From a phage, in sequence record PX441839.1: 64,000 nt of DNA. One strand, 5' to 3'. Position numbers and translations under genes: made by a program. Positions 18,446 to 27,658 of this stretch are shown here, piece by piece. Within the stretch, counting starts at the first letter, position 1; each line of letters begins with the position of its first letter. A model generated the notes under the pieces. The model ran no database searches and was not told the DNA's origin. It worked only from the letters and a program-made list of their open reading frames with translations.

Positions 18446-19936
18446 ATGGCTAAACCACGCAGCCAGCTTGTCGTTTGGGCAAGACAAGATGTTGCTTTGC
18501 CAAACACTGGCAGGATCAACAAAGTAAAACCTATTGATGACCTGTTGAATAAGGGTTATGATAAAGGTCAGAAGCCAGCGGCAGAAGAATTCAACTACAT
18601 CTTGAACATGTGTACCGATTGGGTACGATACATGCACGATGAGAAATTTCCAGAGTTTGAGAGGCAGATAGAAGAGAAGCTTGAAGCCTTCAAAGACGAG
18701 ATGGAAAAGGAGATGGACAAGGTCCGTGGGGAAATGGACCAATTGGAAGCCTCTGTTAATAATAAACTGGCGGCTTTTGAATCTTACCTTGTTCCAGTAG
18801 GGGCGGTTATTGCTTGGCCCTCTACAACAATACCGAAGGGTTGGTTAGAGTGTAACGGACAAGGTTTCAATATTGGTCAGAACCCCCGTCTGTATGCGGC
18901 ACTCGGAAGAGGTAACGTACCGGATTACCGTGGATTGTTCTTGCGAGGATGGGCACACGGTTCTGGTGAATATGATCCTGATGCAGGAAGGACTCTTGGC
19001 TCCATTCAGGGTGATGCCATTAGGAACATCACAGGTCGATTCGCTGCTGACCACGGTGAAACATGGATCATTGGTGCCTACAACGAGGGGGCCTTTTATG
19101 ATGCAGGTGTTGCTGGGTCTGGTGACAAGGGCGGGAAGGCAAACGAAACCCGTCAGATCCGATTTGATGCCAGTCGTGTTGTACCAACTGCGCCGGAAAA
19201 CCGACCTAAGAACATCGCAGTAATGTACATCATAAAGGCAGATGCTGCAACGGCAACTGGTGGTAATGTCCCAACAGGACTGGAAGTGACACCTGAAACA
19301 TTTGAGGGCCTTGTAGGTTCTACTTTCAGAGCCTCTGCTCAAGTTCTTCCAACGAACATGGCTCCTCAGTATCCTGTATCGTGGACCAGTCAAAACCCAG
19401 CAGTGGCAACTGTGGACGCCCAAGGTAATGTAAGAATTGTTGGTCAGGGGACAACAAGCATTATCGCATCAATATCTTCTGGGATGAACTCTAGGATCTC
19501 CATTGTGGGTCACAAACCTCTTACTGGCCTCTCTATCGCCCAGTTTGAAAATTTAGAGGTCGGTGGGAGCATAAGGACGACTGTAGCAAGAATACCATCT
19601 GATTCAACAGAACCCTTAATCTTCTCCACTGGCAACACAGGGATCGCCAACGTAACTCAAGATGGGGATGTTGTTGGGGTTGCAGAGGGAACAACTACCA
19701 TTTCTGCAAGGGGTCGGTTCACAGGGATAACTGCCAGAGCAAGCATAACCGTTGTTCCAGAAGAGGTTGTGACAACTGTTGAAGACATTATGCTGGGTAT
19801 TGAACAGCAAGCTCCAAACGCTGCACCAAAAGGATGTGTAATAACATACGTCGATGGTGGTGAAAACATGGAGTATGTCAGATATAAGCCCATCCAGAAG
19901 AAGGTAAATGGGGTGTGGGTAACTATTGAGGGTTAA
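18446..19936 (+). CDS. tail fiber protein with tail-collar domain and Ig-like repeats
   Basis: Coiled-coil N-terminus; collar-domain-like motif GWLECNGQGFNIGQNPRLYAALGRGNVPDYRGLFLRG; two or three Ig-like (Big_2-type) repeats (VLPTNMAPQYPVSWTSQNPAVATVDAQGNVRIVGQGTT...). Confidence 0.75.
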   Translation: MAKPRSQLVVWARQDVALPNTGRINKVKPIDDLLNKGYDKGQKPAAEEFNYILNMCTDWVRYMHDEKFPEFERQIEEKLEAFKDEMEKEMDKVRGEMDQLEASVNNKLAAFESYLVPVGAVIAWPSTTIPKGWLECNGQGFNIGQNPRLYAALGRGNVPDYRGLFLRGWAHGSGEYDPDAGRTLGSIQGDAIRNITGRFAADHGETWIIGAYNEGAFYDAGVAGSGDKGGKANETRQIRFDASRVVPTAPENRPKNIAVMYIIKADAATATGGNVPTGLEVTPETFEGLVGSTFRASAQVLPTNMAPQYPVSWTSQNPAVATVDAQGNVRIVGQGTTSIIASISSGMNSRISIVGHKPLTGLSIAQFENLEVGGSIRTTVARIPSDSTEPLIFSTGNTGIANVTQDGDVVGVAEGTTTISARGRFTGITARASITVVPEEVVTTVEDIMLGIEQQAPNAAPKGCVITYVDGGENMEYVRYKPIQKKVNGVWVTIEG

Positions 19937-19938
19937 TT

Positions 19939-20454
19939 ATGAAGATGGAAAACTTTGAAGTTTACTCTCCAGAATTTAAAAGGTTTGGAGAGGGCGTCCA
20001 ATATTTTAGGGATGCAGAAGGAAGAGACTTCTATGAGAGTCGTGATCTTTTCACCAAGAAGTATTGCGTGTTCTACGACGAGCATGGGGTTGTAAGGGGT
20101 ATCTGCAAATCAGTGGAGGTTACGAGGGGGAACCCTAACGGTCTATCTATTGCAGATCTCAACTCCTTGCCCAGAGGGTTTGAGATGTTCAAGGGTATCT
20201 GGAAATTCGACGGAAAGAGGATAATTCCTTGTGATTTTGACCCTGCCATAACAACCAAGATGCGGAAGGATAAGTTATTCAAAGCTCTTGCCTCACGACT
20301 TGCCCCTCTTCAAGATGCTGTTGAATTGGAGGAAGCCACAGAGGAAGAGACCTTGGAATATAAAAGGCTCCGTTCATTAAGGGTTAAGCTTCTCCGAGTC
20401 CCAGATGACGAGTCCCCTAGTAATGTAGCTTGGGAAGATTTCTCGGGTATTTAA
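19939..20454 (+). CDS. hypothetical protein (possible tail fiber assembly/chaperone)
   Basis: 171 aa directly after the tail fiber gene; GAGGG RBS. Confidence 0.45.
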   Translation: MKMENFEVYSPEFKRFGEGVQYFRDAEGRDFYESRDLFTKKYCVFYDEHGVVRGICKSVEVTRGNPNGLSIADLNSLPRGFEMFKGIWKFDGKRIIPCDFDPAITTKMRKDKLFKALASRLAPLQDAVELEEATEEETLEYKRLRSLRVKLLRVPDDESPSNVAWEDFSGI

Positions 20455-20463
20455 TAGCTGCCA

Positions 20464-20482
20464 GTGCCGACCCTGTCGGCAC
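20464..20482 (+). terminator. stem-loop (possible terminator or RNA structure)
   Basis: GTGCCGAC-cct-GTCGGCAC perfect 8-bp hairpin, no clear T-tract. Confidence 0.35.
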
Positions 20483-20494
20483 ATAGGAGATAAA

Positions 20495-20833
20495 ATGATT
20501 CTTGATATAATGGCAGTTCTTAAAGCACTCTGGGGATTTGCCACTTTTATTTTGTTGGGGATTCTCAAAATTACGTATTCTGACTTCAAAAAGATGCAGG
20601 AACGTCAGGACACTCTTGAGAAAGATATTATCCGACTCAGGAGTGAGATGGTTACTAAGGACAGTCTTGATGATATTTTTGATCGGAAGATGAAACATAT
20701 TCAAGACACTATCCAGGATATACGTGGGGATCTCGCAGACATGCGAGGAGAAACAAAGGACGAGGTTACTGCCTTACGTAATGAAATCAGGACTGTTTTG
20801 AATGTAGTTTTGGAGAGAAGCAACAGACAATGA
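20495..20833 (+). CDS. small membrane protein with coiled-coil
   Basis: 112 aa; N-terminal hydrophobic helix (LKALWGFATFILLGILKI) then charged helical region. Confidence 0.5.
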   Translation: MILDIMAVLKALWGFATFILLGILKITYSDFKKMQERQDTLEKDIIRLRSEMVTKDSLDDIFDRKMKHIQDTIQDIRGDLADMRGETKDEVTALRNEIRTVLNVVLERSNRQ

Positions 20834-21291
20834 TATCTTCCCTGTTCTACGGGATGTGCTTCCTGATTGTCCTTATGAACCCTTGCGTTCGTACAAAAAT
20901 AATGGCGGGGCTATGCCTCGCCTATATTGTAATAGAGAATATGATGCTTTGGTACACAATAACCAATGTTATCCATTTCGATATTACCCTTTATCATACC
21001 CTCGGGTGGATATTGGATTCAACTCTTTTGTTTGCAGTGGGTTGTGTTTTAAGAGGAAAGAGGCAGATCCTCATCATAGCTTCCGCAATACCCCTTATGG
21101 TGTCTCAAGTGTTAGCAATCCAATATCCTTCTATGTTCCCACCTGATGTATACCAGTGGGTAATTAAAGATGCTCACATGTATTTTATTGAGATGTTTAT
21201 CTTCGCTCATTCTTGGAAAGACAACACAGTAAAAGAGTGGTTAAAGACAGGAACAGTGTTGGGCCTTGTTGTTGCTGCACATTTAGTTTGA
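20830..21291 (+). CDS. multi-pass membrane protein
   Basis: 153 aa, about 4 hydrophobic segments; ATGA overlap with the previous gene. Confidence 0.5.
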   Translation: MISSLFYGMCFLIVLMNPCVRTKIMAGLCLAYIVIENMMLWYTITNVIHFDITLYHTLGWILDSTLLFAVGCVLRGKRQILIIASAIPLMVSQVLAIQYPSMFPPDVYQWVIKDAHMYFIEMFIFAHSWKDNTVKEWLKTGTVLGLVVAAHLV

Positions 21292-21310
21292 TTGATATTA
21301 CAGGTGGTAT

Positions 21311-21583
21311 ATGTTAAAATTCCTAAAGGACTTGATCCGGTCCACAACCGACCCTGCCAAGGCTTCACATACAAAGCTTTGGTCGAATATCGGTATGGCT
21401 TCAATGACTGCGGTGTTTCTCTGGTATGGTTTCAAAGGAACCCTCCCTGAGTGGTATTTGTGGGTTTATGCCCCTTCCGTTGCTGCACCACAGTTATTTA
21501 GCAAACTGATCGCCCTTCGTTGGGGAATAAACCCCAACCAGAAGAATACAGAAGATGAATTAAAAGGAGATCCTCGTGGCTGA
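21311..21583 (+). CDS. small membrane protein
   Basis: 90 aa with a hydrophobic segment (IGMASMTAVFLWYGF); AGGTGG RBS. Confidence 0.45.
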   Translation: MLKFLKDLIRSTTDPAKASHTKLWSNIGMASMTAVFLWYGFKGTLPEWYLWVYAPSVAAPQLFSKLIALRWGINPNQKNTEDELKGDPRG

Positions 21584-24500
21584 TGATATTATTCAACTGA
21601 TCAGTGCAGAAGCTGACGCCGCTGTTGACCAAATCATTGAAGACTCTGTAAGGCTTCATAAAGTTGTAAATGGAACTGGAGTTGAGACAGTTGTAACAGA
21701 AGATGGTAGCATAATCCCTTCTGTTCGAAAAGCCCTGATTGACAACTTGTATTTTAAGACCCCTCCAATTCCTTGGAGACAAGGAACACAGGTAAGAGAG
21801 TTTAACCAACTTTATTCCTTTACCGATGTAAACGGAAAAGCCACTTGGTGGTATGCACCAGGAGCTACAAACAGTTCACCAGTGACGCAAGGTGATCAGC
21901 CAGCTACGGATACAAGATGGAGAGTGTTCTTAGATGCTGGGAATATGGATGGGATCTATGCTCCGATCCTGTCTCCAGATTTCAAGGGAAATCCGAGAGT
22001 ACCCACCCCTGCGGAAGGTGATGAGAGCACCTCAATTGCAAACACACTGTGGACAAAAAATGCGATAGCAAAAGCTATTGACATTGCACTTCCTAACTGG
22101 GATGATGCAATTTTTAACAACATCACTGTTAAAAATAATTCGGTGCTCAATAATCTCAGAGCAGACGGGCAGGTAACTTTTACTGGTCCGAAGGTCGATG
22201 CTGTTGATTCAGAGTTCAACCTTAAAAAGATCAATCTCGTCGGGGAAGATGCAGAAATAAATTTCCTTTGGTCTGATGGATCAGGTTACAGAACAAACCT
22301 GACACCCAACAAGATCTTCACTGCGGAAATGACGGCAAACAGGGTCAAAGGTTCGTATGTTGAATCAGGAGAACCTCGTGCTGTTGGAACAACTATGCGT
22401 GGGCATGGAGAGGCAATCTTTGATACTGTGCATATCTCAAAAAACGAAAGACAGCCAGTGGATGCAGACACATTATCTGTCACTGGGATAACCCGTGTTC
22501 AAAACCTCATTGTAGAGGGAGAGGCAGTAGGGATCAAGTCTAACGTAGATGGAACAACCATCGCACCGAGCAACATAAACAATGATGGGCATATTAATAC
22601 CAAATCCCTGTATGTCTCCGAAGAGACTCAATTGGATGGTATTACAAGGATCGGTGATGTAGAATTCTTAGGGACTGTCAAGGGACTTGATATGAATATC
22701 GAGTTCGACGAGATGAACCTTAAGAGTTTAAATGTCGCAGAATCCCTTGTTGTTGGTGGACAAACAACAATGTCTGCCGCTGTTATCGGAGATGTTGTTT
22801 TCACTGGATCTGTGGCGGGTATCGTATTGCCACCTGCCAATGTCGATGGACAGGAAATAAAACCTGCCTCTGTTGAGACAGAAACTCTCGATGTGTTGGG
22901 AGAGACCGTTCTTGAGAACCTGACAGTAAATGGAACGGTGACTGGCATTGACATGTCTGTAGATGGAACAGACATATCCCCATCAAATGTTACGACAGGA
23001 AACTTAACCGTTAATGGACAGCTTACCATGAACGGGGCTATCCAAATTAACAATATTGATGGTGACTCTGTCAAGACGAAAACGTTAGAGGTCTCCAACT
23101 TAGCAACTGTTCAGAATCTGACTGTTCCAGAGGAAGGGACTATAACGGGTTTTGGAAAGGTTGTCAATGAGCAAGATATCCTTCCAAACTCTGTCTCTGT
23201 AAAAGAGGGGTTGTCTGTAGGAGGAACTACTAACCTGAGAGATGTGAACATCTCTGGGAAAGTAACTGGACTCAATCCCGATTTCGGGCCTGGTTCAACG
23301 ATTACCTCTGACACGGTAAATGCTAAAACGGTAAATGCTGATACTGTCAATGCAACTACTTCCAGGACTGGGAACATAACGGTTACTGGAAGGATCTTAG
23401 ATGCAGAAGGAAATGATTTTGCTCTCCGTGTAAGTCCAGAACAGATTGGTGAAGCTATCAAGGTTCTTGATATCCAGCCAAAAACCATTGTTACTAAAGT
23501 CAGTGATGAGGATAAAGGATCTGTAACCACAGGTACAATCACGGCTGATAATGGAAACATTGGAACTTTAGGGACCAGCAACCTCACCATGCAAAATGGT
23601 ACGGTAAACGGATCTTTGAAGGTGATGGGAGAGATCCTGGACAAGGATGGAAACCCTGTTGCAATTATGGACATTCCGAGCATGATTGCTGGGAAGGACA
23701 TCGCACCGAAGGACGTTAGATCCTCTGGCTCTGTAACTGCCGCTGTGGACCTTACCGTCAATGGAAAGGCCAAGGTAGGTGGAACCTTAGAAACAGGCTC
23801 TGTGACCGTTACAGGAGGTCTCAGCACAACAGGCAGTGTCACTGTAACTGAGCAGCTATCTGTTCTTGGCAACGCTGTTGTTTCTGGAAGTCTACAGTCA
23901 ACAGGTGCGGACATTGGAGGAACGACCTCTGTTGACAATCTGATTGTAGCTGGAACCCTTACAGATGCACAAGGGAACCCAATTGGATCTGTCGAGTCAA
24001 TCACAGGGAAGGATATCAATCCTCGTGCTGTAACTGCAACTGGTAATATTTCCACAACAGGGACTATTACCGGACAGTCTGGTAGAGTAGATGAATCATT
24101 CACTGTAGGAACTGACCTTGGGGTTTCAGGTAAGTTGTCAGCAGGAGAGACAACACTTGGAGTCACAAAAACATCTTCTCTGGAAACAGGTCCAATAAAG
24201 ACATCTGGAATATCTGTCCTTGAGGGTAGTATTTCGACAGGCAAAGCTGTGACTGTAGGAACTGACCTTACTGTAACAGACAATGCCGTCATCGGTCATG
24301 TAGATATGGATTTTGACGGTGATCGGTTGAAGGTTGTGGGGAACCAACGGGTAGAGGGGAACCTGTATGTAACTGGAAACATCAACGGGAACGTAGATAT
24401 TTCTGGGCAGGATATTAACCCGAGATCTGTAACTGCCTCTGGTAATATTTCGGTTGCAGGTACAATTAGCTCCGACATTGGAGATTTCAACTCTGTCGAG

Positions 24501-25064
24501 ATTGGTGTTTCTGGAACTGCGGTTGGCCTCAGGGTCCTCAATAATGCAACTTTTGCTGGAGATCTCACTGTCTCAGGAAAGGTCAATGCAACTATTGACC
24601 AATCCGAGCAAGATGTAGTGACAAAGAACCTGCAAACTGGTAATATAACTGCAACGGCTATAACTGCTGGAAGTTTAAATGTTACTGGTGCTCTTAAGGC
24701 CCCGACTTCGGATGTTGAGGCAAACAGTGTCACTGCAAACAAGTTCATGGTCACACCTCAAGAAAGAACGCTAGATACTGGGGCATTTATCCCTGATGGA
24801 ACAACCAATATCTACAATATTGTATTGACACAGAATACAAGAATTGAGGCCCCTAGTCAACTTATTCAAGGTGGCAAGGGTGGTTCTATCATTATCTACT
24901 TGAACCAGGATGCAACTGGTGGTAGGGAGGTAACATTCTCCACAGAGTATCAAGCTCTTAATGATGGTGAAATAAATATGAACCCTAGTGGTGTTACTGT
25001 GGTCCAGTTGATGTATTCTGGACATGGAAGCATCATTGATACACTTATCCTTCCTAGAGTGTAA
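21576..25064 (+). CDS. large repeat-rich tail fiber/tailspike-like protein
   Basis: 1162 aa; GTG start with AAAGGAG RBS; T/G/V/N-rich with many degenerate repeats of DI.P..V...GN..V.G type (for example DINPRSVTASGNISVAGTISS, DINPRAVTATGNISTTGTITG). Confidence 0.7.
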   Translation: MADDIIQLISAEADAAVDQIIEDSVRLHKVVNGTGVETVVTEDGSIIPSVRKALIDNLYFKTPPIPWRQGTQVREFNQLYSFTDVNGKATWWYAPGATNSSPVTQGDQPATDTRWRVFLDAGNMDGIYAPILSPDFKGNPRVPTPAEGDESTSIANTLWTKNAIAKAIDIALPNWDDAIFNNITVKNNSVLNNLRADGQVTFTGPKVDAVDSEFNLKKINLVGEDAEINFLWSDGSGYRTNLTPNKIFTAEMTANRVKGSYVESGEPRAVGTTMRGHGEAIFDTVHISKNERQPVDADTLSVTGITRVQNLIVEGEAVGIKSNVDGTTIAPSNINNDGHINTKSLYVSEETQLDGITRIGDVEFLGTVKGLDMNIEFDEMNLKSLNVAESLVVGGQTTMSAAVIGDVVFTGSVAGIVLPPANVDGQEIKPASVETETLDVLGETVLENLTVNGTVTGIDMSVDGTDISPSNVTTGNLTVNGQLTMNGAIQINNIDGDSVKTKTLEVSNLATVQNLTVPEEGTITGFGKVVNEQDILPNSVSVKEGLSVGGTTNLRDVNISGKVTGLNPDFGPGSTITSDTVNAKTVNADTVNATTSRTGNITVTGRILDAEGNDFALRVSPEQIGEAIKVLDIQPKTIVTKVSDEDKGSVTTGTITADNGNIGTLGTSNLTMQNGTVNGSLKVMGEILDKDGNPVAIMDIPSMIAGKDIAPKDVRSSGSVTAAVDLTVNGKAKVGGTLETGSVTVTGGLSTTGSVTVTEQLSVLGNAVVSGSLQSTGADIGGTTSVDNLIVAGTLTDAQGNPIGSVESITGKDINPRAVTATGNISTTGTITGQSGRVDESFTVGTDLGVSGKLSAGETTLGVTKTSSLETGPIKTSGISVLEGSISTGKAVTVGTDLTVTDNAVIGHVDMDFDGDRLKVVGNQRVEGNLYVTGNINGNVDISGQDINPRSVTASGNISVAGTISSDIGDFNSVEIGVSGTAVGLRVLNNATFAGDLTVSGKVNATIDQSEQDVVTKNLQTGNITATAITAGSLNVTGALKAPTSDVEANSVTANKFMVTPQERTLDTGAFIPDGTTNIYNIVLTQNTRIEAPSQLIQGGKGGSIIIYLNQDATGGREVTFSTEYQALNDGEINMNPSGVTVVQLMYSGHGSIIDTLILPRV

Positions 25065-25071
25065 TGTAAAC

Positions 25072-25101
25072 AATAGCCCCTACTAAGGGGCTATTTTACT
25101 T
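25072..25101 (+). terminator. rho-independent terminator
   Basis: TAGCCCCT-acta-AGGGGCTA hairpin followed by TTTTACTTTT. Confidence 0.65.
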
Positions 25102-25114
25102 TTGAGGAGACAAA

Positions 25115-27613
25115 ATGATACCTTTCCCATTATTAGGTGGAAAATCACCAACTCCACCACCGCCACTTCCAAAGGGCGTTTCTGGGTACTCAGGAACTAC
25201 CTACATAGGTGAAGATGGTGAAACTTGGTCTTGGAACAGGCAACTGGAGAGATGGATTAAAAAAGATCCGTTTCCAGTTGACGAAGGGCATCCTGAACAC
25301 TTCATGGTGGGGCCTGCAAAGATAGGCACAGATGGTTCTTTCCGATACTTCAATACTGTAACCAACGCTTGGGAAGATGTTCCTAACGGGAGCACCTTGG
25401 GGATGGTCCCTCTGACCCTGACAGATGAAGGCGTAAACATAGGGACATCGGTATTTGTAGAGTATCCCATTTATCAATCCGCTGGGTATGCCGTAGGTCT
25501 TGGAGGGTTCGCAAGACTGCTTGGGACGGAGGTACTGGGAAGACCAGATCTTATGGACCTGTACCTTATAGGAAGAAGAGGGGATTTCTTTTCACCTTCT
25601 CCTGCAAACCCTGACTCCACCAACGCAATTCTCGTAATTCGAAATGTTAAAAGGGATAGGGTGTGGAATACTTACCTGAACATGGTTGTGGAAACAAGTG
25701 ATGGGGAGATGTGGGCTTGGGGAATGAACTTCTATAATCAGTACGGCCCTTGGATAAGAAGCGGAGTAACAAGTTCCAGTCAACCACACATGAAGATAAA
25801 CCCATTCTCTAAAATATCTGATTTTCCAGTACCACCTGAGAAAATAAAAGATATCTTCCCCGGTGTAACAATGGTCATAGTTGCAGACACTGACGGGAAA
25901 TTCTGGTCCAAAGGGATTAACATTGGTCAGTTTAACGATATTGATGACCAAATTAGGACAGCCTGGGTAGAGATACCCGCAGATAGGTTCCCAGGGTTTA
26001 AAAAGTTTTATCGGAGTCTTAACGGAACAGGTGCCGCCAATGATCTTGCTTACACCAACTGCGTTTGGTATTTGACAGATACAGGGATAAGACATTTTGG
26101 AAATGTGTATGGAGTGATGGACGGTTCCCCACTTGTATCTGCAACAACTAGGGATCTCCCTGACAGTAAAGTTCACTCAGCCCCTGTAGGATTGCCTGAA
26201 AGGAATGATGAGCCTAAAATAGTGAGTTTTTCACTGGCCAGATCTTCTGACTATATCCTTATTGCTGTTTGGTATGATGACCCCGAAGAGATGTATGTTG
26301 CCTATCCTACTTCTGGACTTATTTGGGACCACGCAGATGGAGTAACGTATGGGAGGAGATTCAATAAATCCTCAGCCCCTGTAGGGAAGCATAGGAACCC
26401 CATACTGGACTTCAATAAAGAGGCCACCCTTATAACGGGGTTTGATGGAAAATTCTATGCTTCTGGGACCCCAAGTGTAAATAACGGGCTATACTCAAGA
26501 ACCAGCCCAACCACTTTTATCGACCAGAAGATGCCATCCTCTCTCGTTTATCAGGTTGAGCTATCCGACTCTGTAAACGGAAAAACTCAACTGTTGAGAA
26601 ATGATAGGCGTTCTTTAATGATAGCCGACCTTTCGGGAGGAAGCAACTACTTTGGAAATGGAACTTTCTGGAAACCAACTGCAACGATTAAGTGGCCTGA
26701 CTATCCAGACGCAATTCCAATAGTGTTCAAGAATGATGGTGTCACTATCTCGGGATCTGCTGAAAGGGTAGATACGTTTTGGGGGTGGAATGTTAGCAAC
26801 TACAACACTGTCAGCAGTACAGCCGGAGACCAGTACGGTGCTCCCAGTGGGGATGCTGTGCATGTCTCAGGGGAAGGGCACCTTACAATCTGGAAAGATG
26901 ATAGCAGTATCCTTGTTGGTGGTTACAACATAGGTGGAGTGTTTGGTGCTTTTAACCAGTGGAAGCAACCACAAGGTGCTGGAAGGTGGGTAGGCACAGT
27001 AAGAGAGTCTTTTACTGGCACATCGACAGTAAGCTGCGGAACCACTATTGCTTGGGATGGAAAAGATCATTACATATTTGGCAAAAACTACTGGGATGTT
27101 GCAAACGGACAACCAGTAATAAAGTTCAGTTCCTCTGCACCTGTAAAATGGAACAGTAAACAGGGATACCCGAACCTCCCTAATTTTATAAAATGGATTC
27201 CTGCAATTATGGGATATTCTGATGACGAGGGTTCTTTGCAACAACCCTTCTTTATGTATCGGGGTACTGACGGTCTGTTTTATGCTGCGGGTAGCAATAC
27301 AACAGGTGCCTTGGCGACAGGGACCCCACCTGAGACAAGGGATGAGCAAAGATGGACTTTTGAGGTAATGAAGGGATCTGAGGTGTTTGTTGGTAAAAAT
27401 GTTAAGGTTTACCACGGACACGGAAATACCTCTTGTTTGTTGTTCGCTTGCGAGGGAAAGGTGTACGGTGTTGGATTACCTAACAGTATGAAATGGAATG
27501 ACACCGGAACCATCCCTGACCCGTTCTTCCCTGGTTTCAACAGAAGGCTTAATGAAATCACCTACCTGATGGATTTGCCGGATGTTATCTATACCCGACC
27601 AATAGAAGAATAA
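25115..27613 (+). CDS. RCC1-like beta-propeller repeat protein (candidate distal fiber/receptor-binding protein)
   Basis: 832 aa; GAGGAG RBS; at least 5 repeats of [DG].G..[WYF]..G.N..G type (EMWAWGMNFYNQYG, KFWSKGINIGQFND, KFYASGTPSVNNGLY, LFYAAGSNTTGALATG, KVYGVGLPNSMKWND); last gene of the plus-strand operon. Confidence 0.6.
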   Translation: MIPFPLLGGKSPTPPPPLPKGVSGYSGTTYIGEDGETWSWNRQLERWIKKDPFPVDEGHPEHFMVGPAKIGTDGSFRYFNTVTNAWEDVPNGSTLGMVPLTLTDEGVNIGTSVFVEYPIYQSAGYAVGLGGFARLLGTEVLGRPDLMDLYLIGRRGDFFSPSPANPDSTNAILVIRNVKRDRVWNTYLNMVVETSDGEMWAWGMNFYNQYGPWIRSGVTSSSQPHMKINPFSKISDFPVPPEKIKDIFPGVTMVIVADTDGKFWSKGINIGQFNDIDDQIRTAWVEIPADRFPGFKKFYRSLNGTGAANDLAYTNCVWYLTDTGIRHFGNVYGVMDGSPLVSATTRDLPDSKVHSAPVGLPERNDEPKIVSFSLARSSDYILIAVWYDDPEEMYVAYPTSGLIWDHADGVTYGRRFNKSSAPVGKHRNPILDFNKEATLITGFDGKFYASGTPSVNNGLYSRTSPTTFIDQKMPSSLVYQVELSDSVNGKTQLLRNDRRSLMIADLSGGSNYFGNGTFWKPTATIKWPDYPDAIPIVFKNDGVTISGSAERVDTFWGWNVSNYNTVSSTAGDQYGAPSGDAVHVSGEGHLTIWKDDSSILVGGYNIGGVFGAFNQWKQPQGAGRWVGTVRESFTGTSTVSCGTTIAWDGKDHYIFGKNYWDVANGQPVIKFSSSAPVKWNSKQGYPNLPNFIKWIPAIMGYSDDEGSLQQPFFMYRGTDGLFYAAGSNTTGALATGTPPETRDEQRWTFEVMKGSEVFVGKNVKVYHGHGNTSCLLFACEGKVYGVGLPNSMKWNDTGTIPDPFFPGFNRRLNEITYLMDLPDVIYTRPIEE

Positions 27614-27621
27614 CAACCAAT

Positions 27622-27653
27622 AAAAAGGCTCCCGAATGGGAGCCTTTTCTTTT
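27622..27653. terminator. bidirectional rho-independent terminator between convergent operons
   Basis: AAAAAGGCTCCC-gaat-GGGAGCCTTTTCTTTT, A-run on one side and T-run on the other, between the + gene ending 27613 and the - gene ending 27659. Confidence 0.7.
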
Positions 27654-27658
27654 ATGTA

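Noticed and set aside
23111-24292. 393-aa minus-strand ORF inside the 1162-aa fiber gene (also 22628..23098 and 24296..24754)
   Set aside because: Antisense ORFs in repeat-rich coding sequence; the product is low-complexity T/V/P-rich with no translation signals.
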